This document shows, in pieces, positions 9,618 to 17,835 of a DNA stretch of 32,426 bases (position 1 is the stretch's first letter; every line of letters begins with the position of its first letter). A program made the position numbers and the translations under genes. The notes under the pieces are model-generated. The model saw only the letters and a list, made by a program, of their open reading frames with translations. It was not told where the DNA came from and searched no databases. The stretch comes from Pseudobdellovibrionaceae bacterium (GTDB lineage Bacteria > Bdellovibrionota > Bdellovibrionia > Bdellovibrionales > Bdellovibrionaceae): assembly GCA_044359815.1 (NCBI GenBank), contig JBIKLL010000025.1:1-32426 (forward strand). Reading direction: 5' to 3'.

Positions 9618-10592
9618 ATGGCTGTTATGGGAATCAAAACTGGAGTCAAAGCTTGGAGTGATTCTCCTCAGAACGAAATTCAAAAGCCAGAAAAATTGAA
9701 AATGATTGGCGCTGACGTCGCCGCAAAAAGCGCTGATGAAAACATCGGCGACATGTTAAACAAAGTAGCTGATCCTAATTGGGTAGATCCTTCGAAAAAA
9801 TTCAGAGCGGTTGGAAAAGACAAATTAGATAAAGATGCTTTTATGAAGCTAATGCTTGCGCAAATGAAAAATCAGGATCCAACTAATCCTATGCAAAGTC
9901 ATGAGATGGCAGCGCAGCTGGCACAATTCACCAGCGTAGAGCAATTAATGAATATGAATCAAACTCTGGATTCAATGAAAGAATCGCAAAAACCAATGGA
10001 AAGCTTTCAAGCATTGAATTTCCTAGGTAAAATGGTAGCTGGAGATTCTGCAAAACTGGTTAGAGCCAAGGGCGATACCTCGCATGAATTCAATTTTGAA
10101 TTGCCAGACAATGCTCAAGAGGTTTCAATAAAAATCAGAAATTCCCGAGGCGAAATTGTTCGCAAAATGGATTTAAAAGAAATGAAAAAGGGCAACAACA
10201 CTTGGGTTTGGAATGGTCAGAACGATCAGGCACAGGCTCAGGCAGCAGGAGAGTATCAGTTTTTCGTCGAAGCCAACAGCAGTGCTGGTAAAAAATTGAG
10301 TGTGAAAACTGATTTTGAAGGACTGATCACGGGTGTGAATTACACGCCAGAAGGACCTGTCTTGCTGGTCGGAAGCCAGAGTGTGAAATTAAAAGATGTT
10401 AAGAAAATTGTTGATCCCAATGTGAAATCGCAAAACAAGACTGGACCGGACTTGAAAAATAACATGCAACAGCAGCAAACTGAAAATGTAGCAAGAGCTG
10501 GAGATGCCGAAACGCAATTACCATCAAATGTTTTGGATCAAGTAGGGATGTCCAACGAACTGATGAACAGAGTAGAGAAAGAAATTAAGTAA
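9618..10592 (+). CDS. flgD: flagellar hook capping protein FlgD
   Basis: LDKDAFMKLMLAQMKNQDPTNPM...AQLAQFTSVEQ motif and Ig-like WNGQND...AGEY segment. Confidence 0.95.
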   Translation: MAVMGIKTGVKAWSDSPQNEIQKPEKLKMIGADVAAKSADENIGDMLNKVADPNWVDPSKKFRAVGKDKLDKDAFMKLMLAQMKNQDPTNPMQSHEMAAQLAQFTSVEQLMNMNQTLDSMKESQKPMESFQALNFLGKMVAGDSAKLVRAKGDTSHEFNFELPDNAQEVSIKIRNSRGEIVRKMDLKEMKKGNNTWVWNGQNDQAQAQAAGEYQFFVEANSSAGKKLSVKTDFEGLITGVNYTPEGPVLLVGSQSVKLKDVKKIVDPNVKSQNKTGPDLKNNMQQQQTENVARAGDAETQLPSNVLDQVGMSNELMNRVEKEIK

Positions 10593-10996
10593 TGGATTTA
10601 AAACGAGTCAGCCAAACACAAACCCCAGTGACACCAGATAAGGTGAGCACTCGTGTGCCTGAAGGGAAGGGGCCATCGTTTCAGGAGACTCTTGATAAGG
10701 TTGGTTCGACACCAGCTCAATCAAATTTAAATTCAATCACTGATGGAGTGAAGTTTTCAAATCACGCGGTCGAGAGAATGGTCAGTCGTGGGATCAGATT
10801 TTCGCCAGATCAAATGGGGAAACTGAATGAAGCAATAGACCGAGCGGCATCAAAGGGTTCAAAGGACACTTTGGTTTTAATGAACGATGCAGCTTTAATT
10901 GTAAGTGTTAAAAATAAAACTGTGGTAACTGTGATGGACAAAAGCGCACTAAAGGAAAATGTTTTTACCAACATAGATAGCACAATAGTAATGTAG
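10592..10996 (+). CDS. flagellar operon protein (TIGR02530-type)
   Basis: KFSNHAVERMVSRGI...KGSKDTLVLM..ALIVSVKNKTVVTVMD..LKENVFTNIDS; typical position between flgD and flgE. Confidence 0.88.
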   Translation: MDLKRVSQTQTPVTPDKVSTRVPEGKGPSFQETLDKVGSTPAQSNLNSITDGVKFSNHAVERMVSRGIRFSPDQMGKLNEAIDRAASKGSKDTLVLMNDAALIVSVKNKTVVTVMDKSALKENVFTNIDSTIVM

Positions 10997-11010
10997 TTAA
11001 ACAATAAATC

Positions 11011-11084
11011 AGGGCTGGTCCTCTTTGAGGGGGCCCTCCAACCGATCACCGACGATAAAGGTGATCAAACGACATGGAGGTCGT
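11011..11084 (+). promoter_or_regulatory. structured 5' leader of flgE with three hairpins; the third holds the SD in an AUGGAG hexaloop (CsrA-type site)
   Basis: AGGGC/GCCCT enclosing TCCTC-TTT-GAGGG (11011-11037); GATCACC/GGTGATC (11044-11066); ACGAC-ATGGAG-GTCGT (11069-11084) ending at the ATG at 11085. Confidence 0.6.
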
Positions 11085-12368
11085 ATGGGTATATTATCTT
11101 CTCTTTACACCGGTGTATCCGGTCTCGTAGCACAAGGTGAAGCCTTAGGAGTTGTTGGTGACAACATCGCCAACGCAAACACCGTGGGCTTCAAATCATC
11201 ACGTGCTGAATTTCAGGATATCTTATCCAAGGATTTAAAGGGAATTCTTGGTGGTAACCAAATCGGTCGTGGTGTGAAAATCGGTGCTGTTAATCCAATC
11301 CTTTCGCAAGGTAATGTGGATTCAACAGATAAATCAACGGACTTAGCGATTTCTGGTGATGGATACTTTGTGCTTAAAGGCAGCGACGGAGCTAGTTTCA
11401 CCAGGGATGGATCATTCCATTTTGACCGTGAAGGCTATCTGGTAACTAATGATAACCAAAAGGTTCAGGGTTTCCAGGCTGACGACAAAGGTAATATCTT
11501 AAACAAAACAGACAACGTTCGCTTTCCTCGTGCCTTAGTTCCTGCGAAAGCCACTTCTGAAGTTAAAGTGAATTTGAATTTGGATTCAAGAGTTGAAACA
11601 ACCAAGAAGTTTGACGAAAAGGATCCTTATTCAACGGCACATTATTCAACAGGGATCGAGATTTTCGATTCTCAAGGTAACAAGCACTTGGTGACTTTAT
11701 TTTTCAACAAGGTTGCTGATCGTGAATGGGAATATAAGGGAATGGTTGACGGCAAAGAGGTCATGGGCGCCGAAGAGGGGCAGTTGGCCGCAGTGGTTAC
11801 TGGTAAACTGAAATTCACAGACCAAGGTATCTTGGATTCACAAGAAGTGACTGAAGCCAACTTCAATTTCAAAGGTGGAGCTTTCCAGGATCAAAAAATC
11901 AAAATGAATTTTGGTGATGCTATCCAAGAAGGTGGCAAAGGCATCGAAGGCACAAAACAGTACGGTAAAGATTCAGATTTGATCAGTTGGGGTCAGGATG
12001 GATCAGGTGCTGGTACGATCACAAACATTTCATTCAATGATGAAGGTGTTTTGACGGCTGTTTACACGAATGGTGAAGCTAAAGATTTAGGACAAATCTG
12101 TATAGCTAAATTTGAAAACTCGGATGCTCTATTCAAGGTTGGTAACAACCGATTGAAAGAATCCAGAGATTCAGGTTCACCTGCAGTGGGACAGGCTAAC
12201 CGAGCAGGCCGTGGTAAACTGTTTGCCAAATCATTGGAAAGATCAACAGTGGATCTGGCCGCAGAATTTGTTAACTTGATTCAGAATCAAAGAGGATTCC
12301 AAGCCAATGCTAAAACAATCACTACGACTGACCAATTGTTAGAGGAAGTGATTCAGCTTAAGCGATAA
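11085..12368 (+). CDS. flgE: flagellar hook protein FlgE
   Basis: SLYTGVSGL...GDNIANANTVGFK N-terminus and LERSTVDLAAEFVNLIQNQRGFQANAKTITT C-terminus; ATG 11085 follows GGAGG (track start at 11025 rejected). Confidence 0.97.
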   Translation: MGILSSLYTGVSGLVAQGEALGVVGDNIANANTVGFKSSRAEFQDILSKDLKGILGGNQIGRGVKIGAVNPILSQGNVDSTDKSTDLAISGDGYFVLKGSDGASFTRDGSFHFDREGYLVTNDNQKVQGFQADDKGNILNKTDNVRFPRALVPAKATSEVKVNLNLDSRVETTKKFDEKDPYSTAHYSTGIEIFDSQGNKHLVTLFFNKVADREWEYKGMVDGKEVMGAEEGQLAAVVTGKLKFTDQGILDSQEVTEANFNFKGGAFQDQKIKMNFGDAIQEGGKGIEGTKQYGKDSDLISWGQDGSGAGTITNISFNDEGVLTAVYTNGEAKDLGQICIAKFENSDALFKVGNNRLKESRDSGSPAVGQANRAGRGKLFAKSLERSTVDLAAEFVNLIQNQRGFQANAKTITTTDQLLEEVIQLKR

Positions 12369-12392
12369 TAGTAACTGATCAATAATTAAAGG

Positions 12393-12425
12393 CCCTCTGC
12401 TGTGAACCAGCAGGGGGATTTTTTT
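12393..12425 (+). terminator. intrinsic terminator of the flagellar operon, possibly bidirectional
   Basis: CCCTCTGCTG-TGAAC-CAGCAGGGGG followed by A and a T-run; lies between convergent genes. Confidence 0.85.
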
Positions 12426-12606
12426 ATTGGCTGTCTGAGCTCATTTTTCGAGTGATAGTCGATTGGCTTTCGCTAGTGAATGGATTATCAGACATGGTCA
12501 CCAGATAATTAGACATTTTAAAAATCAAAATACAAATCACTGCAAAAGCCCCAGTCAGCATAAACAATTGGATTTTTTGAAACAATGTTAGGTTTTGTGT
12601 TCTCAT
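12424..12606 (-). CDS. small hypothetical membrane protein (60 aa, one TM helix)
   Basis: Fills the gap between the terminator and the OmpA gene; hydrophobic stretch LFMLTGAFAVICILIF; sigma28-like promoter just upstream. Confidence 0.6.
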   Translation of the reverse strand: MRTQNLTLFQKIQLFMLTGAFAVICILIFKMSNYLVTMSDNPFTSESQSTITRKMSSDSQ

Positions 12607-12615
12607 TCATTGTAT

Positions 12616-12642
12616 TCATCGGAATTCACGACCAAAACCATA
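12616..12642 (-). promoter_or_regulatory. candidate sigma28 (FliA) promoter
   Basis: Minus strand TATG-N15-TCCGATGA versus consensus TAAA-N15-GCCGATAA, with exact 15-nt spacing. Confidence 0.45.
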
Positions 12643-12686
12643 AACAACGTTTCAAAAAGAAACGTACATTTATCCAATGATTTTAG

Positions 12687-13967
12687 TTATTTCCAAACCT
12701 TAAATTCAACTCGGCGATTTTTCTGACGGCCTTGAAAATTTGCGTTATTAGCAATGGGCTTAATTTCCCCAAAACCAATTGTCGTGATTTTTGAACCCGC
12801 CAATCCGTAGGTGTTAACCATATAGTTTTTAACTGATCGGGCCCGTCTTTCTGACAAATCCAGATTGTAATTTGCGTCTCCAATTGAATCAGTATGACCT
12901 TCAATCTGCATTTTTGAAAAGCCACGCCTTTTCATCTCTTCAGAAAATTTATTCAAATGGGTCAGATAGTTTGTTTTGAGCTGATCAGAATTAGTATCAA
13001 ACAACACTTCTACATTCAGACGGTAGGTCTCGGATTCTCCGTCAGATGATATTTTTTCTATCCAACTTTTTTCGCAATAGGGGCCAAGCACCCAATTGAT
13101 TCCTGCATAAACTCGCCAATCGGGGCCTCCATAGGTGTCTCCTACCTTAGTTGATCCGCCAAAATGCAAGGCCACATTAGGGTTCAGATCGTATTTGATC
13201 CCAGCCAAAGCTTCCAATGAATTTAAACTTCTGTCAGAGCTGTAATCAATCTGCTTTGCAGCTGAACTGCCAAAAAGTTCCAAAATTAATTTAGTTTTTT
13301 GGGGTTCAAAAAAATAACTTCCAGCGACTGAATAAATATACTGATCCTTGAACGGCAAAAAGGGCTGTCCTGCAATCTGCGTCCCCGGAGTGCGTTTTCT
13401 GTAACCAATATTTATAGCTGTTGCCCACAATCCAAAGGATTTATCAGCAGCGATTTCAAAATTATATGTGGGGCCTGCACCTTCGCCGGCGAAGGGATTG
13501 TTTTCAATTAAATTATTGTTCATGGACAAAATCGCAGCCAGTCCTCCACCTTTGTATTCTTTGAAACGATACTTAGTGTTGATTTTAATTTCATTGGCAC
13601 CTTTTCGCGAAAAAGCTGTCACGGCAGATGGTTGATCGAGCTCTTGTGACAACATAAATGGAATGTTGATTCCGAAATCCCAATAATTATTGATCCCAGT
13701 TCCCAGGCTTATATCAGCAGCAAAAATTCTGTCGCCCGGTTTCGAATTATACTCGACACCGTTAAAGGTGCTCCAATAGCTTAATGTGTTTGCAGCGTAG
13801 TTAAAAAACAATCCAAAATTCAAAACACAGGGACTCAAAGTTTCAGATGACTGAACTGTCACAAAATCTAAGCCATTTGTGGTTGGGTTGAAGTTTTGAA
13901 AGTCTGATCCGCAAACATTTGCTTTTGCAGTAGAGCTTAACAATAAAATGAACAGCCATTTTTTCAT
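12687..13967 (-). CDS. OmpA-family outer-membrane protein (probable N-terminal beta-barrel plus C-terminal peptidoglycan-binding domain)
   Basis: Signal peptide MKKWLFILLLSSTAKA; amphipathic strands; C-terminal LFDTNS...IEGHTDSIG..YNLDLSERRA.SV...GFGE.KP...NRRVEF. Confidence 0.88.
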   Translation of the reverse strand: MKKWLFILLLSSTAKANVCGSDFQNFNPTTNGLDFVTVQSSETLSPCVLNFGLFFNYAANTLSYWSTFNGVEYNSKPGDRIFAADISLGTGINNYWDFGINIPFMLSQELDQPSAVTAFSRKGANEIKINTKYRFKEYKGGGLAAILSMNNNLIENNPFAGEGAGPTYNFEIAADKSFGLWATAINIGYRKRTPGTQIAGQPFLPFKDQYIYSVAGSYFFEPQKTKLILELFGSSAAKQIDYSSDRSLNSLEALAGIKYDLNPNVALHFGGSTKVGDTYGGPDWRVYAGINWVLGPYCEKSWIEKISSDGESETYRLNVEVLFDTNSDQLKTNYLTHLNKFSEEMKRRGFSKMQIEGHTDSIGDANYNLDLSERRARSVKNYMVNTYGLAGSKITTIGFGEIKPIANNANFQGRQKNRRVEFKVWK

Positions 13968-14023
13968 GCAAGAAAAGTATATGCTTGCCACATTTAATTT
14001 CAAACAGTTAACTTAACTTTATC

Positions 14024-14908
14024 ATGATTCAGGCAGTAGTTCTCAGTTACAATCACCCTAATTTGACCAGAAGATCAGTGATTGCAGCGCTGCAAGCATT
14101 CCCCAACAACACAACGCTAATTCATAACGGCAGCCATCGAAGCAACATAAATATTTTGATGCAAGAATTTCCTCAGATTATGCACGCTGAAATCCCTAAA
14201 AACATTGGATACAGCGGCGGAGCTAATTTTGGGATAAAATCCTGCCATGCGGATTGGATTTTATTGTTAACAAATGATTGCGATCTCAAGCAATTTTCTA
14301 TCGACTGGTCCTTATTGGATGAAAATACAGTTTATATCCCAAGCATTTATTTTAGAGACATGAAGCGTGTGGACTCGTTTGGTGGCAGTGTGAATCTTAA
14401 AACGGGCAAGCTGCTTCATTGCAAAACACAAAATCACTTCCAAAGTTTATTTTTAAATCATGACGGAATGGAGTTTCCTTACGTGCCAGGATCGGCGTTT
14501 TTGGTTTCCAAAAAACTTTTTGCAGAATCTGGCGGATTTGATGAAGCCTTGTTTACATATTGGGAAGACGTTGATTGGTCGCTCAGGATGTATTCCATGG
14601 GGTATAAACTCAGATTGCACCCTGGAATTGTGGTCGAACATGGTGGAGGCAAGACCTGTCGCAAGGACCCAATGTATACTAATTTTTATTTTCAACGTAA
14701 TAAACGAATTGTATGTCGCAGATGGATTAAGCATTTTTCTAAAAACCCCATGGATTCTTTATCGCTTGAAAGCAAACTGCTGCGTGAATCAATTTTAAGT
14801 TTTCTGAAAAAATCAATGACTCCCCAGAAAAATTCTTCTACCAATGCCTCTAAACAGAGGAAGCACTATGACGTCGTTAGAAATACTGTACCACCAAGCT
14901 TGGAATAG
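14024..14908 (+). CDS. family 2 glycosyltransferase (GT2, WbbL-like)
   Basis: VVLSYN, NIGYSGGANFG, LLLTND, GSAFLV and GGFDEALFTYWEDVDWSLR motifs. Confidence 0.88.
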   Translation: MIQAVVLSYNHPNLTRRSVIAALQAFPNNTTLIHNGSHRSNINILMQEFPQIMHAEIPKNIGYSGGANFGIKSCHADWILLLTNDCDLKQFSIDWSLLDENTVYIPSIYFRDMKRVDSFGGSVNLKTGKLLHCKTQNHFQSLFLNHDGMEFPYVPGSAFLVSKKLFAESGGFDEALFTYWEDVDWSLRMYSMGYKLRLHPGIVVEHGGGKTCRKDPMYTNFYFQRNKRIVCRRWIKHFSKNPMDSLSLESKLLRESILSFLKKSMTPQKNSSTNASKQRKHYDVVRNTVPPSLE

Positions 14909-15377
14909 CCCCGTTGGCAAACTACATATTTTAGCTACGGATAAACATTTAAAGTTTTTAGAATTTTCTTCGGGGCTTCAAAAGTTTCAGGAAAAGCTTT
15001 TAAAAAAAGAAGTTTTAATAGCAAATAAAAGCAATAAAATTACTGATGCCACCATTGAACAACTTAAGCAGTATTTTAAGGGTGAGCTGGAAAATTTTGA
15101 TATCCCTTTGGATCCCGAGGGAACCTTGTTTCAAAAACTGGCTTGGAAAGCGCTTCGCAAAATCCCTTATGGAAAGACAGTTTCCTATCAGGGGCAGGCC
15201 CAAAAAATCAAAAAGCCAAAGGCTCAAAGGGCCGTAGGTTCAGCCAATGGAGCCAATCCCATAGCTATTGTCATTCCTTGCCACCGTGTGATTTCGTCTG
15301 ATGGAACTTTAGGCGGCTATGGTGGTGGATTGGATATCAAGAAAAAACTCTTAGATCTGGAATCTTCAAAAAGCTAA
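14868..15377 (+). CDS. ogt: methylated-DNA--protein-cysteine methyltransferase
   Basis: GTLFQK..W.AL.KIPYG.TVSY, RAVGSANGANPI and catalytic PCHRV; ATG 14868 follows AGAGGA. Confidence 0.95.
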   Translation: MTSLEILYHQAWNSPVGKLHILATDKHLKFLEFSSGLQKFQEKLLKKEVLIANKSNKITDATIEQLKQYFKGELENFDIPLDPEGTLFQKLAWKALRKIPYGKTVSYQGQAQKIKKPKAQRAVGSANGANPIAIVIPCHRVISSDGTLGGYGGGLDIKKKLLDLESSKS

Positions 15378-15395
15378 GAAGATTAGTTTTGGCTG

Positions 15396-15581
15396 GCTCA
15401 CTTATCTGCGGTTAATTTTAAAATTTGAAATTGTAAACCTTTGATTTTAGTAAAAAAGGTCACAGCTCGTGCTTCTCTGCTCGGGCCAAGCCCCCGCCGT
15501 CCAGGCTCCGCAGAGGACCTTTTTTATTAAAATCAAAGGTTTACAATTTCAAATTTTAAAATTAACCGCAGATAACTGAGC
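15396..15581. repeat. 186-bp foldback element: 66-bp inverted arms (64/66 identical) around a 54-bp GC-rich core; MITE/REPIN-like
   Basis: 15396-15461 (GCTCACTTATCTGCGG...AAAAAAGGTC) is the reverse complement of 15516-15581 with 2 mismatches; the core has its own stems CTCTGC/GCAGAG and GCC-GTCCA-GGC. Confidence 0.92.
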
Positions 15582-15589
15582 TAGTTTAG

Positions 15590-16345
15590 CTAAAGATCGT
15601 TCCAGATTTGTTGCATTTTTATTTTTATTTTATCAGCTTCCAGTTTTAGCTGGCTCTTTCTGGTTGGCAGGTCTTGGCTCAGGTCTTTAGATTTTAATTC
15701 CAAATCATAAAATTCCACATGCATTTTGAATTCTTCCATTTTTTCTATCCATGGAACTCCAATTGAACCGTGCTCCAGAATTTTTCTACCGAAAAATTCT
15801 GAAAATGGCATTACCAAAGCACCAATTTGCGCCGGTATTGGCAGGGACTTTGACCAAGACTCGCTGCCTTTGTGCACTGCCAACAAAATGGGTGACTCTG
15901 TTTCGATCGCCAATTCAATAAAGCGTGAGGAGCGAAAGGTTTTAATCGCTTGATTCATTTCAAAAAAGGAATGCGCGCCTTCTGGAAACACAACTAAGTC
16001 ACCCTTTTTGGTCTTTTTAAATTTACTGATTAATTGATCAAACTCTAAAAACTTATCTGACTGGGTCAGGTATTCAGCCACCATAGTCGTCAACGGATTA
16101 CTGTAAAACCACTTATCAACAATTCCCATGGGGACTCTGTCGCCACCACCGGCTTTGGCGACTTTTGTAGCCAGCAGACTCATTGCAGGAATCCATGACA
16201 GAGGTGTCGCGTGATTGACAACCACAACCATCCGATTTGATTTTACAATTTCTTTAAGAGCTGGCTTTGAACTAAAAGTGGTCTTGTGGCTTACAGATTT
16301 CAGCAGAGAAGTCAGAAAATCCTGGTAGGTTTCAAGCTTTCTCAT
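15590..16345 (-). CDS. PlsC/LPLAT-superfamily acyltransferase-like protein
   Basis: VVVVNH motif I and LVVFPEG motif III; last gene of the liv transcription unit. Confidence 0.7.
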   Translation of the reverse strand: MRKLETYQDFLTSLLKSVSHKTTFSSKPALKEIVKSNRMVVVVNHATPLSWIPAMSLLATKVAKAGGGDRVPMGIVDKWFYSNPLTTMVAEYLTQSDKFLEFDQLISKFKKTKKGDLVVFPEGAHSFFEMNQAIKTFRSSRFIELAIETESPILLAVHKGSESWSKSLPIPAQIGALVMPFSEFFGRKILEHGSIGVPWIEKMEEFKMHVEFYDLELKSKDLSQDLPTRKSQLKLEADKIKIKMQQIWNDL

Positions 16346-16351
16346 AGGGTA

Positions 16352-17062
16352 TTAACCACCCAAATAAGACTTTCTAACCTCATCGTTAGTCAGCAGATCT
16401 TTTCCTGTTCCGGTCAATGTGATTTTTCCGGTTTCAATCACATAAGCACGGTTTGAAATCTTCAATGCCAAGCGGGCGTTCTGTTCCACCAACAAAATTG
16501 TGACTCCCTGTTTATTAACTTCGGTCACTATATCAAAAATTTGTGCAACAATTAAAGGAGCCAATCCCAGCGAAGGCTCATCTAACAACAAAAGTTTTGG
16601 CTTAGCCATCAAAGCTCTAGAAATCGCCAGCATTTGTTGTTCGCCACCCGACATTGTTCCTGATAACTGTTTGCTGCGTTCTTTTAATCTTGGAAAAAGC
16701 TTAAAACATTTCTCCATGTCTTCTGCGATACCTGCTTTGTCGCTTCTGGTAAATGCACCCATTTCCAGATTTTCAGTAACGGTTAGGTTCGGGAACACTC
16801 CACGGCCTTCAGGTGACTGAGCTAAACCCAAGGTGACCCGTTTAAATGCAGGAACTTTTTCGATTCTGGAACCATTCAAGGAAATTTCCCCTGAGCATTC
16901 CAGGATTCCTGATAAGGCTCTCAAGGTAGTGGTTTTACCAGCACCGTTAGCGCCAATCAGCGACACTACTTCGCCTTGATCAACATGAAACGATATCCCC
17001 TTGATTGCAGGGATAGTTCCGTAGGAAACACTCAGATTTTTAACATCTAATATTTTTGCCAT
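16352..17062 (-). CDS. livF: branched-chain amino acid ABC transporter ATP-binding protein LivF
   Basis: GANGAGKTT, PEGRGVF, MSGGEQQML and LDEPSLGLAP motifs. Confidence 0.95.
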   Translation of the reverse strand: MAKILDVKNLSVSYGTIPAIKGISFHVDQGEVVSLIGANGAGKTTTLRALSGILECSGEISLNGSRIEKVPAFKRVTLGLAQSPEGRGVFPNLTVTENLEMGAFTRSDKAGIAEDMEKCFKLFPRLKERSKQLSGTMSGGEQQMLAISRALMAKPKLLLLDEPSLGLAPLIVAQIFDIVTEVNKQGVTILLVEQNARLALKISNRAYVIETGKITLTGTGKDLLTNDEVRKSYLGG

Positions 17063-17835
17063 TAGTGTAAATCCTCCGCTCCCAGATAAGCTTCAATTAC
17101 TTTTTTAGAGGACTTGATAACGTTAGGTCCGCCTTCTTCGATTTTTGTACCATGGTCTAAAACCACTATGTTTTCACAGATTCCCATTACGAACTTCATA
17201 TCATGTTCAATTAACAATACCGTCAATCCAAAAAGCTTTCTGATTTTCGAAATGGTTTCCATCAAGCTTTCCGTTTCAGTGTGATTCATGCCGGCAGCAG
17301 GTTCATCCAAACAAATCAGCTGAGGAGTTGTAGCCAAAGCTCGAATAATTTCCAATTTCCGTTGTTGACCATATGGCAGATTCTTAGATTCTTCATTTGC
17401 CTTAGAGCCTAAATCAAAAATATCCAAAAGCTCCATAGCTTTTTTGGTGTTCTGTTGTTCAGATTTCAAATATTTGGGTGTTTTAATGACTGCGTCCAAA
17501 ACATTGTAATCGTAATGTTTATTTGCACCAATCAAAACGTTTTCTAATACCGTCAGCTCTTTAAAAAGTCTGATGTTTTGAAAAGTTCTTGCGATCCCAC
17601 TGCGGCCAATTTCAAAAGGTTTTAAGCCATTCATTTTTTTGCCGTCAAAAAACACTTCACCTGATGTTGGTTGGTAAACTCCAGTGATCATATTAAACAC
17701 TGTAGTTTTCCCAGCTCCATTGGGACCAATCAGTCCCATCAAGCCACCCTTTGGGATTCCAAAGGAAAGTCTGTCAACGGCGGTCAAACCACCAAATTTT
17801 ATCGTCAAATTCTTAACTTCTAACAATGCGCTCAT
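17062..17835 (-). CDS. livG: branched-chain amino acid ABC transporter ATP-binding protein LivG
   Basis: FGGLTAV, GPNGAGKTT, ARTFQNIRLF, LPYGQQRKLEI and LDEPAAG motifs; ATG 17835 overlaps the livM stop. Confidence 0.95.
   Translation of the reverse strand: MSALLEVKNLTIKFGGLTAVDRLSFGIPKGGLMGLIGPNGAGKTTVFNMITGVYQPTSGEVFFDGKKMNGLKPFEIGRSGIARTFQNIRLFKELTVLENVLIGANKHYDYNVLDAVIKTPKYLKSEQQNTKKAMELLDIFDLGSKANEESKNLPYGQQRKLEIIRALATTPQLICLDEPAAGMNHTETESLMETISKIRKLFGLTVLLIEHDMKFVMGICENIVVLDHGTKIEEGGPNVIKSSKKVIEAYLGAEDLH

Noticed and set aside
11025..11084. 20-aa N-terminal extension of FlgE from the track start
   Set aside because: The ATG at 11085 has a GGAGG SD and gives the canonical FlgE N-terminus; the extension region is better explained as a structured leader.
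15378..15590. CRISPR array or intact IS element at the long repeat
   Set aside because: There are only two inverted copies, no spaced direct repeats, no cas genes and no transposase ORF.
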